This document shows positions 19,671-29,114 of a stretch of 64,000 nt of DNA, piece by piece. Within the stretch, counting starts at the first letter, position 1. Each line of letters opens with the position of its first letter. The DNA is from Treponemataceae bacterium (GTDB lineage Bacteria > Spirochaetota > Spirochaetia > Treponematales > Rectinemataceae): NCBI GenBank assembly GCA_963667725.2, contig CAXXHO010000005.1, positions 1,303,189-1,367,188 on the forward strand, in the 5' to 3' direction. Made by a program: the position numbers and the translations under genes. The notes beneath the pieces are model-generated. The model was given only the letters and a program-made list of their open reading frames with translations, was not told the DNA's origin and ran no database searches.

Positions 19671-20736
19671 ACTGCATGACGTCGTCAAGGTTTTCGGGAA
19701 GAATACGGTTGTTCGAAACCTTTCGTTGAACGTGGAAAAAGGCGAATTCGTCTCATTCCTCGGGAGTTCGGGCTGCGGCAAGACGACGACGCTCCGGATG
19801 ATCGCGGGCTTCGAAACCCTGACCGAAGGGTCTATCATCCTCGACGGCGTGAACGTGGAACGCACGCCCCCGAACAGGCGGAACCTCGGCATGGTTTTTC
19901 AGAGCTACGCCCTCTTTCCCAACATGAACGTGCGCCACAATATAGGCTTCGCGCTGAAAATCGCCGGCCTTCCGCGGGAAAAGATGGAAAAACGCGTGGA
20001 CGAAATGCTCGATCTCATCAAGATGGGCGAATACGCGAGCCGCTACCCGCATCAGCTCTCGGGCGGCCAGCAGCAGCGCGTCGCCCTCGCCAGGGCTCTG
20101 GCAAGGGAACCTGCCGCTCTCCTCCTCGACGAGCCTCTCTCCGCCCTCGACGCCAAGATACGCGTGCGCCTCCGCGACGACATACGCGATATTCAGCGAA
20201 AACTGGGCATCACCACCGTCTATGTCACGCACGACCAGGAGGAAGCCCTCTCCATCTCCGATCGCGTCGCCGTCATGAAGGAAGGAAAAATCGAGCAGAT
20301 CGGAAGCCCTTTCGAAATCTACAACAAGCCAGCGACGCCCTACGTGGCGGCCTTCATCGGCACGCTCAACCGGCTGCCCGCCCTCGTCATCGATCCCTCG
20401 GCCGGAATCGTCGAGGTCGAAGGACAGAGGATCACGACCGCCTCGCCCATCCAGGCGGCAGGTGGAACCGCGCTCCAGCTGCGCTTGAGGCCCGAAGCCC
20501 TCTCCCTCGGGCCCGGCGACGAATCCTCCAACCGCCTGAAGGGAAACGTGGAAAACGTGAAATTCCTGGGTTCGATCGTGCGGCTTGTCGTACGCGTCGG
20601 CGCCCATCGGCTGTCGATAGACAGCTTCAACGAGCCTCGCCTTGTGCTGCCCGACTTGGGCGAGGAAATCGCCGTTTCCTTCGACAGGGAAGCCTGCGTC
20701 CTGGCCGAGCCGGAGGCGCAGCCGACGAGGTCCTGA
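19657..20736 (+). CDS. ABC transporter ATP-binding protein (PotA-like, TOBE domain)
   Basis: GSSGCGKTT, LSGGQQQRVALARAL, LLLDEPLSALD, VTHDQEEA. Confidence 0.95.
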   Translation: MAFLELHDVVKVFGKNTVVRNLSLNVEKGEFVSFLGSSGCGKTTTLRMIAGFETLTEGSIILDGVNVERTPPNRRNLGMVFQSYALFPNMNVRHNIGFALKIAGLPREKMEKRVDEMLDLIKMGEYASRYPHQLSGGQQQRVALARALAREPAALLLDEPLSALDAKIRVRLRDDIRDIQRKLGITTVYVTHDQEEALSISDRVAVMKEGKIEQIGSPFEIYNKPATPYVAAFIGTLNRLPALVIDPSAGIVEVEGQRITTASPIQAAGGTALQLRLRPEALSLGPGDESSNRLKGNVENVKFLGSIVRLVVRVGAHRLSIDSFNEPRLVLPDLGEEIAVSFDREACVLAEPEAQPTRS

Positions 20737-20802
20737 CAACCCCTGACAAATCCTGGCTCGGCGGGCTCCGAACCGTCGGCTGGCTCTTGCGGGAGGAAAA
20801 TC

Positions 20803-21075
20803 ATGAAAGCCATCCATGTCATTGTCGAGGGCGAAGTCCAGGGCGTAGGATTCCGCTACTCCTCGCTCAGGGAGGCGCGAGCTCTCGGCCTCACGGGCTG
20901 GGTGCGCAACGCCGAAGATGGATCGGTGGAGGTTTGGGCCGAAGGCGAAGAGAGTTCCCTCGACGAATTCTCCCTCTGGCTGGAACATGGGCCGGATTAC
21001 GCGCGCGTCGAGAAGGTGCGCGTCACCCGGGAAATGGCCCTGGAAATCTACTCTTCCTTCTCAACGATTTCATAA
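20803..21075 (+). CDS. acyP: Acylphosphatase
   Basis: VEGEVQGVGFR, GWVRNAEDGSVE, GPDYARV. Confidence 0.93.
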   Translation: MKAIHVIVEGEVQGVGFRYSSLREARALGLTGWVRNAEDGSVEVWAEGEESSLDEFSLWLEHGPDYARVEKVRVTREMALEIYSSFSTIS

Positions 21076-21118
21076 CATCTGCCTTCATAATATCTGCATA
21101 CACGGATTTCCTGTCTTA

Positions 21119-21161
21119 TGTGCGCTGTCGCACAGACTCTCTTCCCACCCCGGATTATTCT
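21119..21161 (+). promoter_or_regulatory. CRP/FNR-like box plus -10 (copy 1 of 5)
   Basis: TGTGCG-CTGT-CGCACA-GAC-N18-TATTCT. Confidence 0.7.
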
Positions 21162-21198
21162 TCATTCAGTCCTGTGAATAGCGGGGCAAGGGGGCGGT

Positions 21199-21417
21199 AT
21201 GAAGAATAATTATAAACAAGAGGAAGCGTCATCCATGCAGTACGGAAACAGGGGGAGCCAGACGGGAGATCCGGCGAGACTGTCTCCGTCCATGAGCAGC
21301 ATGGTGCTGCTCTCGCGAGGCGGCAATCGCGAAATGAAGGATTCTTGCATTACGCCAAAAGTTATAGAACTCGGCGATGTCGCCGACAGATCCTGCTTCA
21401 ACGGGCAAGGCCTGTAA
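21199..21417 (+). CDS. Hypothetical small ORF (72 aa, or 27 aa from ATG 21334)
   Basis: Open frame directly downstream of the promoter motif; no recognisable family. Confidence 0.3.
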   Translation: MKNNYKQEEASSMQYGNRGSQTGDPARLSPSMSSMVLLSRGGNREMKDSCITPKVIELGDVADRSCFNGQGL

Positions 21418-21475
21418 AAGACATGCAGGTTTTGCCTGCCGAAATTTCTCCATCATCCAAACCACGGAGGTTTCT

Positions 21476-22003
21476 ATGAAGCGTTTCATTCCCTTATTGA
21501 TGTTGCTGGCTCTTCTGCCGGTCGGCGTCTTCGCCCTTGATTTCTACGCCGGCGCCAACGCCTATTATGCCAGCCTGATCCAGCCAGCCGATGTTCAGGC
21601 TATCGACACCGCCAACCTCAACATGGCTGATTTCTCCTTCGGCGGAGAGGCGCGCATCGTCGGCCACCTTCTCTGGGCCAGCGCCATCGGAACTTACACT
21701 CCCGCCGACGCCAATATGCCGCATCGCCTCGATATAATGCTGGACGGCGGTGTCGGCCTCACGCTGGGCATCTTTCGCGCCGGTATCGGAATCGGACCTA
21801 ACTACGGCATCGAGATGGGCGACAACGCGGGGAACTACTTCAAGACCGGCGCCAATATGCGCCTCACCGGCGATGTCCTGCTGGGACCTTTCTCGGTTGG
21901 ATTGAGCTGGATCAGCAAAATCGAATTCACCCGCGCATCCTTTGTCGAGGCTTTCGAAAACCCCTATGGCCAGCTTGGCTTGGCGGTTCTCTACAAACTG
22001 TAG
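21476..22003 (+). CDS. Exported protein, probable small outer-membrane beta-barrel
   Basis: GGAGG RBS, signal peptide ending VFA, alternating hydrophobic Gly/aromatic strands, C-terminus QLGLAVLYKL. Confidence 0.65.
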   Translation: MKRFIPLLMLLALLPVGVFALDFYAGANAYYASLIQPADVQAIDTANLNMADFSFGGEARIVGHLLWASAIGTYTPADANMPHRLDIMLDGGVGLTLGIFRAGIGIGPNYGIEMGDNAGNYFKTGANMRLTGDVLLGPFSVGLSWISKIEFTRASFVEAFENPYGQLGLAVLYKL

Positions 22004-22044
22004 GCGGCCGCTCCCGCCGAAGAGTATTCGGCAAGAAGATAAAG

Positions 22045-22076
22045 AAAGGGCACCGGAGATTTTCCGGTGCCCTTTT
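22045..22076. terminator. Bidirectional intrinsic terminator
   Basis: AAAGGGCACCGGA-loop-TCCGGTGCCCTTTT between convergent genes. Confidence 0.85.
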
Positions 22077-22109
22077 CGTACCTAGGCATACTGTTTTTCT
22101 ATTGTTTTA

Positions 22110-23189
22110 TTACATCGCCGGTTCCGTCACCGCATCGGCATCCAGGGTCACCGCGGTCTGCGCGAGCAGCCTGCCGTTCACCATGGCGCCGGTGTTGACT
22201 TCCACCAGGGTTTTGCACAGGACGATTCCCTTGAAGTCCGAGGTTGTGCCGAGCGTGGTCTGTCCGGCAACCTGCCAGAAAATATTCTTGGGCTGCGCGC
22301 CGCCGCTCAGGGTGACGATAGCTCCGTTGCCCACCGTGAGGTCCTGCGCTATCTGGAAGATCCAGACATCGTTGGCGCCGCCGTTGAGCGTGACGCTGTT
22401 GTTTATTAGGACTCCCGTTCCCCATACATACAGGCCGGGAACGATAGTCTGTCCGCTGAGATCGCCAGCGTGGAGTTCCGTGGCGTCGGGCAAGGTGCGT
22501 CCCGCGGCGTCGGTGTAGGCGATTTCCATGTCGCCGATGGCCGTCGTCATGTTGGATGGCGTCGGCGGCGTATAATCGGCCGCGTAGATGCTGCCGGTGA
22601 CATAGGATGATGTCGAGAATACGTTCGAAGCGTCCATGATGAGGTCAAATCCGGTGATGTAGGTCGCGGCGGCGGGACTCACGCCAATGTCGCCGGTGAT
22701 CGCCGTCGTTCCGGTCGTCGATATTCCGGTTTTAGCCAGGATGACGAAGTTGCCCGCGGTGCCGAGATTCACGGGCGACGGACCGGAAGCCAGGTTAACG
22801 CCAGTCGTAAAGCTCCACGCGTACTCCGCTTCGAGGGCATTCCCCGCTACGTCCGTGACTGCCGTGGTGATCTTGGCCGTGTAGACGGTACTGGTGGAAA
22901 GATCCATCTCCGGTACCAGCGTGGCGACGAGATCGACATAGGTGACGGAAGCGGGAACGAGCGTCACGCCCTGGCTCAACGTAAAGGAAAGCGCCGTGAT
23001 CGTCGACGAGTCCATCGCTTCGCTGAAGGTCGCGGTGATGCTCCTGTTCCTGGCGACATCGGTCGCCCAGGTGGCCGGCGTCGTCGTATCGACGGTGGGC
23101 GGAATGACGTCGTCATTATTGATGGGACTCTTGCATCCAGCGATGACAAGAATCATTAGCAAAATAGGCAGAAGCCACATTTTTCTCAT
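22110..23189 (-). CDS. Ice-binding family (DUF3494) lipoprotein with one Ig-like domain
   Basis: LVIAGC lipobox; TATFSEAMD..DVAGNAL..WSFTT Ig-like domain; VNLGTAGNFVILAKTGIS, DAAGR, PGLY, WIFQI, KNIFWQV, GRLLAQTAVTLD; AAGGAGG RBS. Confidence 0.92.
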   Translation of the reverse strand: MRKMWLLPILLMILVIAGCKSPINNDDVIPPTVDTTTPATWATDVARNRSITATFSEAMDSSTITALSFTLSQGVTLVPASVTYVDLVATLVPEMDLSTSTVYTAKITTAVTDVAGNALEAEYAWSFTTGVNLASGPSPVNLGTAGNFVILAKTGISTTGTTAITGDIGVSPAAATYITGFDLIMDASNVFSTSSYVTGSIYAADYTPPTPSNMTTAIGDMEIAYTDAAGRTLPDATELHAGDLSGQTIVPGLYVWGTGVLINNSVTLNGGANDVWIFQIAQDLTVGNGAIVTLSGGAQPKNIFWQVAGQTTLGTTSDFKGIVLCKTLVEVNTGAMVNGRLLAQTAVTLDADAVTEPAM

Positions 23190-23290
23190 AAAAAGCACCT
23201 CCTTGATCAGTGCATAAAAAATTCTAAAAATAGGGTGCGAAGTCCGCCATAATCGTGACAGACACCGCACCCCGCATTCCGAAGCTCAAA

Positions 23291-24370
23291 TTACAGGGCT
23301 GGTTCCACGATGGTATTGGCATCCATAGTGACCGCGGTCTGCGTAAGCAGTCTGCCGTTCACGGTGGCTCCCGCCGCCAGGGTTATCGCGCCTGCCGACA
23401 TGATTACGCCTTCCATGTGGGAAGTCGCGGCGAGGGCTACGGCGCCGCCCACCTGCCAGAATATGTTCTTGGGAAGCGCTCCGCCGGTCAGGAGGACCTG
23501 AACCGTCGCGGCTTCCGTGAGCCCGCTGGCGATCTGGAATATCCAGACATCGTCGGCGCCGCCATTGAGGGTGACGTTGGTCGTAATCGACACTCCGGTT
23601 CCCCACTTGTAGAGACCGGGCTCGAGGTTCATGCCGCCGATTTCTCCGGCGCCCAGCTCCGAAGAATTGGGATCGAGTCTGCCGGCCGCGTCATCAAAGG
23701 CAGCCTGCATCGCAAGCACCGCCGTGGTCAGGTTCGTAGGTGTTGGCTCCACGTAATTCGCCGCATAGACATTCCCCGTAACCAAGGCCGAAGTGGCGAA
23801 GGTATTCGACACATCCATTATCAAGCCGAAACCAGTCATGGCCGCCGCATCGATGGGGCTCACAGCGATGTCACCGGTGATCATGGTCGCTCCGGTGGTC
23901 GTTATTCCCGTCTTGGCCAGGATCGCGTAATCCCCGGAGGTCCCGAGATCCACCGCAGCCGGACCGGCGGGAGGATTGGCCGTGGTCGTGAAGGTCCATA
24001 CCTTATCGGCCGCAAGCGCATTGCCGGCCGCATCGGTGACGCCTGTCGTGATCGTGGCCGTATAGACAGTGCTGGCCGCGAGATCATTAGTAGGGTTGAA
24101 GGTCGCTACCTTGTCCGCATAGCTGACCACGCCCTCGACCGCAGTGACGCCCTGCATTAGGGTGAAGTTCGCCGCTACGATGGTTGCCTCGTCCATGTCT
24201 TCGTCGAAGGTGGCCGTGACATTGCTGTTCCGTTCTACCGCGATCGCGGCGTCCACGGGACTGGTGGAACTGACAGTCGGAGCCGTGAGGTCCTCTTCAT
24301 CCACAGGATTACCGCAGCCGCTCAGCGAAAGGGCTACCATCAGCAGCCCCAAAAACAACATCTTCTTCAT
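23291..24370 (-). CDS. Ice-binding family (DUF3494) lipoprotein with one Ig-like domain
   Basis: LSLSGC lipobox; Ig-like domain; VDLGTSGDYAILAKTGI, DAAGR, PGLYKW, WIFQI, KNIFWQV, GRLLTQTAVT; AAGGAG RBS. Confidence 0.92.
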   Translation of the reverse strand: MKKMLFLGLLMVALSLSGCGNPVDEEDLTAPTVSSTSPVDAAIAVERNSNVTATFDEDMDEATIVAANFTLMQGVTAVEGVVSYADKVATFNPTNDLAASTVYTATITTGVTDAAGNALAADKVWTFTTTANPPAGPAAVDLGTSGDYAILAKTGITTTGATMITGDIAVSPIDAAAMTGFGLIMDVSNTFATSALVTGNVYAANYVEPTPTNLTTAVLAMQAAFDDAAGRLDPNSSELGAGEIGGMNLEPGLYKWGTGVSITTNVTLNGGADDVWIFQIASGLTEAATVQVLLTGGALPKNIFWQVGGAVALAATSHMEGVIMSAGAITLAAGATVNGRLLTQTAVTMDANTIVEPAL

Positions 24371-24433
24371 AATCGATATCTCCTTGTTTTTCATTCTCTT
24401 GTTCATGTTCAAAAATCCTCCTTCTTATTTGCA

Positions 24434-24476
24434 AGAATACGTACGGAATCCGTTTTGGTCTGTTCGGTAGCGCACA
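24434..24476 (-). promoter_or_regulatory. CRP/FNR-like box plus -10 (copy 2) driving the leftward IBP genes
   Basis: Minus strand TGTGCGCTACCGAACA-GAC-N18-TATTCT. Confidence 0.7.
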
Positions 24477-24493
24477 CAGTCCCGCGCTGTCTG

Positions 24494-24537
24494 TGTGTGC
24501 TGGCGCACAGACGAGGTTGATTCGCGTGAATGATATT
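24494..24537 (+). promoter_or_regulatory. CRP/FNR-like box (copy 3) upstream of the long IBP gene
   Basis: TGTGTGCTGGCGCACA-GAC then a weaker -10 (GATATT at N19). Confidence 0.62.
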
Positions 24538-24601
24538 TATGGGTAGATGGGGAGGATTGCTTCTATATGAATTGTATGTCCGAGAGAAAAAGGAGAAAAC
24601 A

Positions 24602-26962
24602 ATGAAGAAGATTTTAGTATCGATGCTTGTGCTGGTCGCGTTTTTCGCGGTCAGCTGCAAAAGTCCGGTGGCTGAGGATGTTGTCGCGCCCACGGTCGAC
24701 CTGACGAGCCCTGCCGATCTCGCTACCAATATAGCGATAACGGCTGATGTGACGGCGACCTTCAGCGAAGCGATGGATTCCGCGACCGTCGTCGCGGCGA
24801 ACTTTACCGTAAGCCAGGGGGCTACTCCCGTAGCCGGCACGGTGAGCTATGCCGATGATGTCGCCACCTTCAATCCGACAAGCGATCTCGCGGCGGGAAC
24901 CGAGTACACGGCGACGGTCTTGACAGGCGTCAAGGATGTGGCAGGAAACGCGCTGGCCGCCGCCAAAGTATGGACCTTTACGACAGCGGCGCTGGTAGAC
25001 ATCATCGCTCCCGCGGTGAGCGGAGTCAGCCCGGCCGATTTGGCCGTTGACGTGGCCGTTGTATCGAATGTCACCGCTACCTTCAGCGAAGCCATGGCAT
25101 CCGGAACGATCATCGCCGCGAACTTCACGTTGATGCAGGCGGCAACGCCTATTCCCGGGGTGGTCAGTTACGTGGGCAATATCGCTACCTTCAATCCGGA
25201 CAGCGATCTGGCCTTCAACACGATCTACACCGCGACCGTGAAAACGGACGTCACCGATGTGGCCGGCAATCATCTCGCGGCCAACAAGGTATGGACCTTC
25301 ACGACCGCGGCGTTCGTGGACAGCATCCCACCCACGGTGAGTCTAGTAAGTCCTGCCGACCTGGCTACCGATGTGGCCACTACATCGAATGTCACCGCCA
25401 CCTTCAGCGAAGAAATGACCTCCGGAACGATCGTCGCCGCGAACTTCACGCTGATGCAGGGGAGCACGCCTGTTGCGGGCGCGGTCAGCTATCTGGGCAA
25501 TGTCGCCACCTTCAATCCGGACAGCAATCTGGCCTACAACACGATGTACACCGCAACCGTGAAAACGGACGTCACCGATCTGACCGGCAATCATCTCGCG
25601 GCCAACAAGGTGTGGACTTTTACGACAGCCGCATTCGTGGACATCATCGCTCCCGCGGTGAGTTTAGTCAGCCCAGCGGACCTTGCCGTCAGTGTGGCCA
25701 TCACATCGAATGTCACCGCTACCTTCAGCGAAGCGATGACCTCCGGAACGATCATCGCCGCGAACTTCACGTTGATGCAGGCGGCTACGCCCATTCCCGG
25801 CGCGGTCAGCTATCTGGGCAACGTCGCCACGTTCAATCCTGACAGCGATCTGGCCTTCAACACGATCTACACCGCGACCGTGAAAACGGACGTCACCGAT
25901 GTAGCCGGCAATCATCTCGCGGTCAATAAGGTATGGACCTTCACGACTGCCGCGTTTGTGGACATCATTCCACCCACGGTGAGTTTAGTAAGTCCTGCCG
26001 ACCTGGCCGTCGACGTGGCGATCGCGTCGAATGTCACCGCCACCTTCAATGAAGCCATGGCTTCCGGAACGATCATCGCCGCGAACTTCACGCTGATGCA
26101 GGCAGGCATGCCTATTGCAGGCGCGGTCAGCTATCTGGGCAATGTCGCTACCTTCAATCCTGACAGCAATCTGGCTTACAGCACCATCTATACCGCAACC
26201 GTGAAAACGGACATCACCGATGTGGCCGGCAATCATCTCGCGGCCAACAAGGTGTGGACCTTCACGACCGTAGCCGCCCCAGTGGCGGGTCCCGCGGCCG
26301 TAGACCTTGGAACGGCGGGCAATTACGTAATCCTGGCGAAAACCGCCATCAGCACCGTTCCAACCTCAGCGGTTACGGGCGACATCGGGCTGAGCCCGGC
26401 CGCCGCGAGCTTCATCACGGGATTCTCGCTTGTAGCGGACGCCACGAATGTGTTCTCGACAGCGAGTCAGCTTACCGGAAGGGCTTACGCCGCCAATTAT
26501 ACCGATCCCACCCCCTCGAACCTGACCACCGCCGTGAGCGACATGGAAGCGGCGTATGCCGATGCCGCGGGGCGGCCGACGCCTGATTTCCTGAATCATG
26601 GAGCCGGAGAGATAGGCGGATTGATCCTTGTGCCTGGACTCTATAAATGGACCACAAACCTCTTGATCACCACCAACGTCACGCTGAACGGCGGTGCCAA
26701 CGATGTCTGGATCTTCCAGATATCGGGCGGCATCACTCAGGCTTCCGGCGCGAACGTCAATCTGACCGGCGGCGCTTTAGCCAAGAATATCTTCTGGCAG
26801 GCGGCTGATGATGTCACGCTCGGCACGACAGCCCATATGGAAGGCATCGTGCTTTGCGCCACGGCCATCCACCTCGGCACCGGCGCTTCCGCCAATGGCA
26901 GGCTGCTGGCTCAGACCGCCGTCACGATAGACGGCAGCGCTGTAGTCGAACCCATACTGTAG
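24602..26962 (+). CDS. Ice-binding family (DUF3494) lipoprotein with five tandem Ig-like domains (adhesin-like)
   Basis: FFAVSC lipobox; five 107-aa repeats; C-terminal VDLGTAGNYVILAKTAIS..PGLYKW..WIFQI..KNIFWQ..GRLLAQTAVT; AAGGAG RBS. Confidence 0.93.
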   Translation: MKKILVSMLVLVAFFAVSCKSPVAEDVVAPTVDLTSPADLATNIAITADVTATFSEAMDSATVVAANFTVSQGATPVAGTVSYADDVATFNPTSDLAAGTEYTATVLTGVKDVAGNALAAAKVWTFTTAALVDIIAPAVSGVSPADLAVDVAVVSNVTATFSEAMASGTIIAANFTLMQAATPIPGVVSYVGNIATFNPDSDLAFNTIYTATVKTDVTDVAGNHLAANKVWTFTTAAFVDSIPPTVSLVSPADLATDVATTSNVTATFSEEMTSGTIVAANFTLMQGSTPVAGAVSYLGNVATFNPDSNLAYNTMYTATVKTDVTDLTGNHLAANKVWTFTTAAFVDIIAPAVSLVSPADLAVSVAITSNVTATFSEAMTSGTIIAANFTLMQAATPIPGAVSYLGNVATFNPDSDLAFNTIYTATVKTDVTDVAGNHLAVNKVWTFTTAAFVDIIPPTVSLVSPADLAVDVAIASNVTATFNEAMASGTIIAANFTLMQAGMPIAGAVSYLGNVATFNPDSNLAYSTIYTATVKTDITDVAGNHLAANKVWTFTTVAAPVAGPAAVDLGTAGNYVILAKTAISTVPTSAVTGDIGLSPAAASFITGFSLVADATNVFSTASQLTGRAYAANYTDPTPSNLTTAVSDMEAAYADAAGRPTPDFLNHGAGEIGGLILVPGLYKWTTNLLITTNVTLNGGANDVWIFQISGGITQASGANVNLTGGALAKNIFWQAADDVTLGTTAHMEGIVLCATAIHLGTGASANGRLLAQTAVTIDGSAVVEPIL
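24674..26278 (+). repeat. Five tandem 321-bp repeats encoding Ig-like domains
   Basis: Units start at about 24674, 24995, 25316, 25637 and 25958; units 2-5 are highly similar at DNA level. Confidence 0.92.
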
Positions 26963-27006
26963 ACGAATCGATAGATTCGTCCGCGATGTGAAACTAATGT
27001 AAAAAA

Positions 27007-27045
27007 GAAGGGGCTGCCCGGGAAGTTTTCCCAGGCAGCCCCTTC
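27007..27045. terminator. Hairpin terminator between convergent IBP and catalase genes
   Basis: GAAGGGGCTGCC..GGCAGCCCCTTC stem preceded by an A-tract (U-tract on minus strand). Confidence 0.8.
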
Positions 27046-27098
27046 AATTATTTCTATTGATCAACGTATCGCAATCGACCTAATGATCGGATTCTTGC

Positions 27099-28607
27099 CT
27101 ACCGGCTGGTTGCCTTGACACGTTCTTCCTGAGACATGGCCGCAAGCCTCTTCACTTCGGCGCAGTCCAGCTTAAGCCCTTGGGCGACGCGTTCCCCGTA
27201 CCCGACATCTACCTTGTAGAACAGGGCCGCCTGACGCAGCTGAATGCGCGTTTGCGCCTTGCCCAGGTGGGATACGATGTTGCCGATGAGATGGTCGCGG
27301 TCCATGTCGGACATGACATTTCGATACAGATCTCCCGCCTGGACAAAGTCCACGTCTCCGGTTTCGTAGGCATGCCGCGTCGCCTTCCCGGCAACGGTAA
27401 AGGGCGGCACTGAGAATGACGGATCGGGCGCGGGACCGCCGACGCTGTTGGGCCAGTAGTTGGGGTTTCCGCCGCCGTTCGCGCCCGATCGCATGGGGCC
27501 ATCGCGCTGATAGCCGCTATCCATGGAAGCTTTAGGCGCATTGACGGGCAGGAGATTGAAGTTCGGGCCCAGCCTGTGCCTCTGCGTATCGGGATAGCTG
27601 AACAGGCGTCCCTGCAGGAGCCTGTCAGGCGATGCCCCGATTCCCGGCACGAAATTGCCTGGCGCGAAGGCGATCTGCTCCACTTCGGCGAAATAATTGG
27701 AAGGGTTGCGGTTGAGCACCATGCGTCCAAGGGGAAGAAGCGGATAATCTCCATGAGGCCAGACTTTCGTTATATCGAAAGGATCGAATCGATAGGTTTC
27801 CGCTTCCGCCGGCGTCATGATCTGCACGAACACTTGCCACCCGGGGTACTCCCCGCGCTGTATGCTGTCGTAGAGATCCCTCGTCGCGTGGTCGGGATCG
27901 ATACCGGCCAGACGGGCGGCTTCGTCGCGCGTGAGATTCCTGATCCCCTGTTCCGTCACGAAATGCGTCTTGACCCAGCAGTAGCAGCCTTTTTCGTCGT
28001 ACCACATGAAGGTATGGCTACTGAAGCCGTGCATGTGACGGTAATCGAGAGGGATGCCGCGGTCGGAGAAAAGAATTGTCACTTGATGGATGGACTCCGG
28101 CGTAAGCGAGAGAAAATCCCAGAACATATCGGGGTCTTTCAGATTGGTCGCGGGATTGCGCTTTTGGGTATGGATGAAATCCGGGAATTTTATGGCGTCG
28201 CGAATGAAGAACACCGGCGTATTGTTGCCTACCAGATCGTAGTTGCCTTCTTCCGTATAGAATTTGACGGCGAAACCGCGGGGATCGCGGTCCGCGTCGG
28301 CTGAACCTTTTTCGCCGCCCACCTGTGAGAATCGCGCGAAAATTTCCGTGCGCTTTCCTAGACTGGAGAGAAATTTTGCGCGCGTATATTTCGTCATGTC
28401 GTGAGTAACCTCGAAGTATCCGCTCGCTCCCGCGCCTTTCGCGTGCACAACCCTTTCGGGCACGCGTTCCCTGTCGAAATGCGCCAGTTTCTCCATGAGA
28501 TGCGTGTCCTGGATGAGCGTGGGGCCATCGGCTCCCGCCGTCATCGAGTTCAGGTCATTTTCGACAGGTCTCCCCGTATTCGTCGTTAAAATATTTTTTT
28601 TCGTGAT
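27099..28607 (-). CDS. katA: Monofunctional heme catalase (small subunit); first ATG at 28544, conserved N-terminus extends to about 28607
   Basis: [46 protein letters not shown] heme-ligand motif. Confidence 0.95.
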   Translation of the reverse strand: MTKKNILTTNTGRPVENDLNSMTAGADGPTLIQDTHLMEKLAHFDRERVPERVVHAKGAGASGYFEVTHDMTKYTRAKFLSSLGKRTEIFARFSQVGGEKGSADADRDPRGFAVKFYTEEGNYDLVGNNTPVFFIRDAIKFPDFIHTQKRNPATNLKDPDMFWDFLSLTPESIHQVTILFSDRGIPLDYRHMHGFSSHTFMWYDEKGCYCWVKTHFVTEQGIRNLTRDEAARLAGIDPDHATRDLYDSIQRGEYPGWQVFVQIMTPAEAETYRFDPFDITKVWPHGDYPLLPLGRMVLNRNPSNYFAEVEQIAFAPGNFVPGIGASPDRLLQGRLFSYPDTQRHRLGPNFNLLPVNAPKASMDSGYQRDGPMRSGANGGGNPNYWPNSVGGPAPDPSFSVPPFTVAGKATRHAYETGDVDFVQAGDLYRNVMSDMDRDHLIGNIVSHLGKAQTRIQLRQAALFYKVDVGYGERVAQGLKLDCAEVKRLAAMSQEERVKATSR

Positions 28608-28652
28608 TATTGTATCTCCTGCCCATCTGCCGCCATTTTCGACCGATGGGCT

Positions 28653-29099
28653 TTACTTGCCCGAAGTCAATGAGCGGTAGATCAGCTGCATCAGTTCCTC
28701 GAAAAGGTGGAAATATCCGGAATTGTCTTTCTTGTAGGCCGTTACCGTATCGTTGATGCCCGATCCCATTTTTTCCATAACGTCGCTGGCCAGGGTCAAG
28801 CTGCCTTTTGCCGTGCTGGCGACATGCTCGACTTCCTGAATGATCGCGGGAAATGAAACCTTCAATTGGGAGGTTGTTTCTTTGAGATCGCCGCTTATCT
28901 GTTCGAAATCCCCGATTATGGCGGGCACTCTTCTGAAGGAATGCTTGATGGAATCTTTATTGATTTCCACAAGCGGGCTGATGATTCCCACCATCTTTTT
29001 AATGTTCAGGAGTATGGGTACGAGGATGGCGCCAAGTAGAATTCCCATCATGCATACGAGGAAAATCATCAAATCAGGCAACGTGAATTGTATTGTCAT
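28653..29099 (-). CDS. Membrane-anchored helical protein, DUF948/YoxC-like
   Basis: N-terminal TM helix followed by coiled helical region; adjacent to a YtxH gene. Confidence 0.55.
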   Translation of the reverse strand: MTIQFTLPDLMIFLVCMMGILLGAILVPILLNIKKMVGIISPLVEINKDSIKHSFRRVPAIIGDFEQISGDLKETTSQLKVSFPAIIQEVEHVASTAKGSLTLASDVMEKMGSGINDTVTAYKKDNSGYFHLFEELMQLIYRSLTSGK

Positions 29100-29114
29100 G
29101 GTTTTAGCCTCGCT

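Noticed and set aside
24674..26278. Tandem repeats as a CRISPR array or DGR template/variable repeat
   Set aside because: They are 321-bp in-frame coding repeats with no spacers, and there is no cas or reverse transcriptase gene in the window.
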